DNA from: Octopus sinensis
Taxonomy: Eukaryota
DNA length: 64,000 nt
Assembly (NCBI RefSeq): GCF_006345805.1
Contig: NC_043007.1
Span: 44,826,001-44,890,000 of the forward strand
Reading direction: 5' to 3'
In this document: positions 63,801 to 64,000 of the stretch, piece by piece
Layout of the letters: every line of letters starts with the position of its first letter
Position numbering within the stretch: the first letter of the stretch is position 1
Notes under the pieces: model-generated
What the model saw: the letters and a program-made list of their open reading frames with translations, nothing else
Told to the model about the DNA's origin: nothing
Databases searched by the model: none
Translations under genes and position numbers: made by a program

Positions 63801-64000
63801 GAGGGCTTATGATGACTGTGGACACAACCTTTTCTTCCAGGCCTTCTTAATTAAAATAAAATGAAAGTTTGTGGTTGAGAAAGAAAAGCACTGCTGCACT
63901 CTTGTTACACTGGAAATTCCAAGGAGATAATGTTATAAAAAGGAAGGGATGGATACAGTGTTTTGTATGACATCTGGTGGGGTCATTTATAAAGAGTGGA

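Overview
AT-rich metazoan genomic DNA dense in (TA)n/(CA)n microsatellites, tRNA-derived SINEs and LINE/DNA-transposon relics. The repeat landscape suggests a coleoid cephalopod, probably Octopus (inference). Almost all ORFs in the supplied track are microsatellite or repeat artefacts. One host gene can be assembled by hand on the + strand: an EPS8-family adaptor (PTB domain, central EPS8-homology region, SH3 domain). It has 15 phase-consistent GT-AG exons (449-49751, about 523 codons, 5' end outside the window) and ends right after the SH3 domain in ...YASNEQLSSF*, with no SAM/actin-effector exons recognisable in the window. The most interesting signal is non-coding: about ten type I hammerhead-ribozyme (HHR) motifs from several unrelated families, mostly abutting (TA)n runs. 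Three loci are long divergent inverted repeats with an HHR in each arm (30.5-31.2 kb, 42.3-43.3 kb, 56.7-57.3 kb). In two of them the two copies are circular permutations that together rebuild a closed monomer (494 nt and 357 nt). This is what retrozyme-like/Penelope-dependent elements copied from circular or tandem ribozyme RNAs should look like. All coordinates, alignments and folds were done by eye; no database search or folding program was run.
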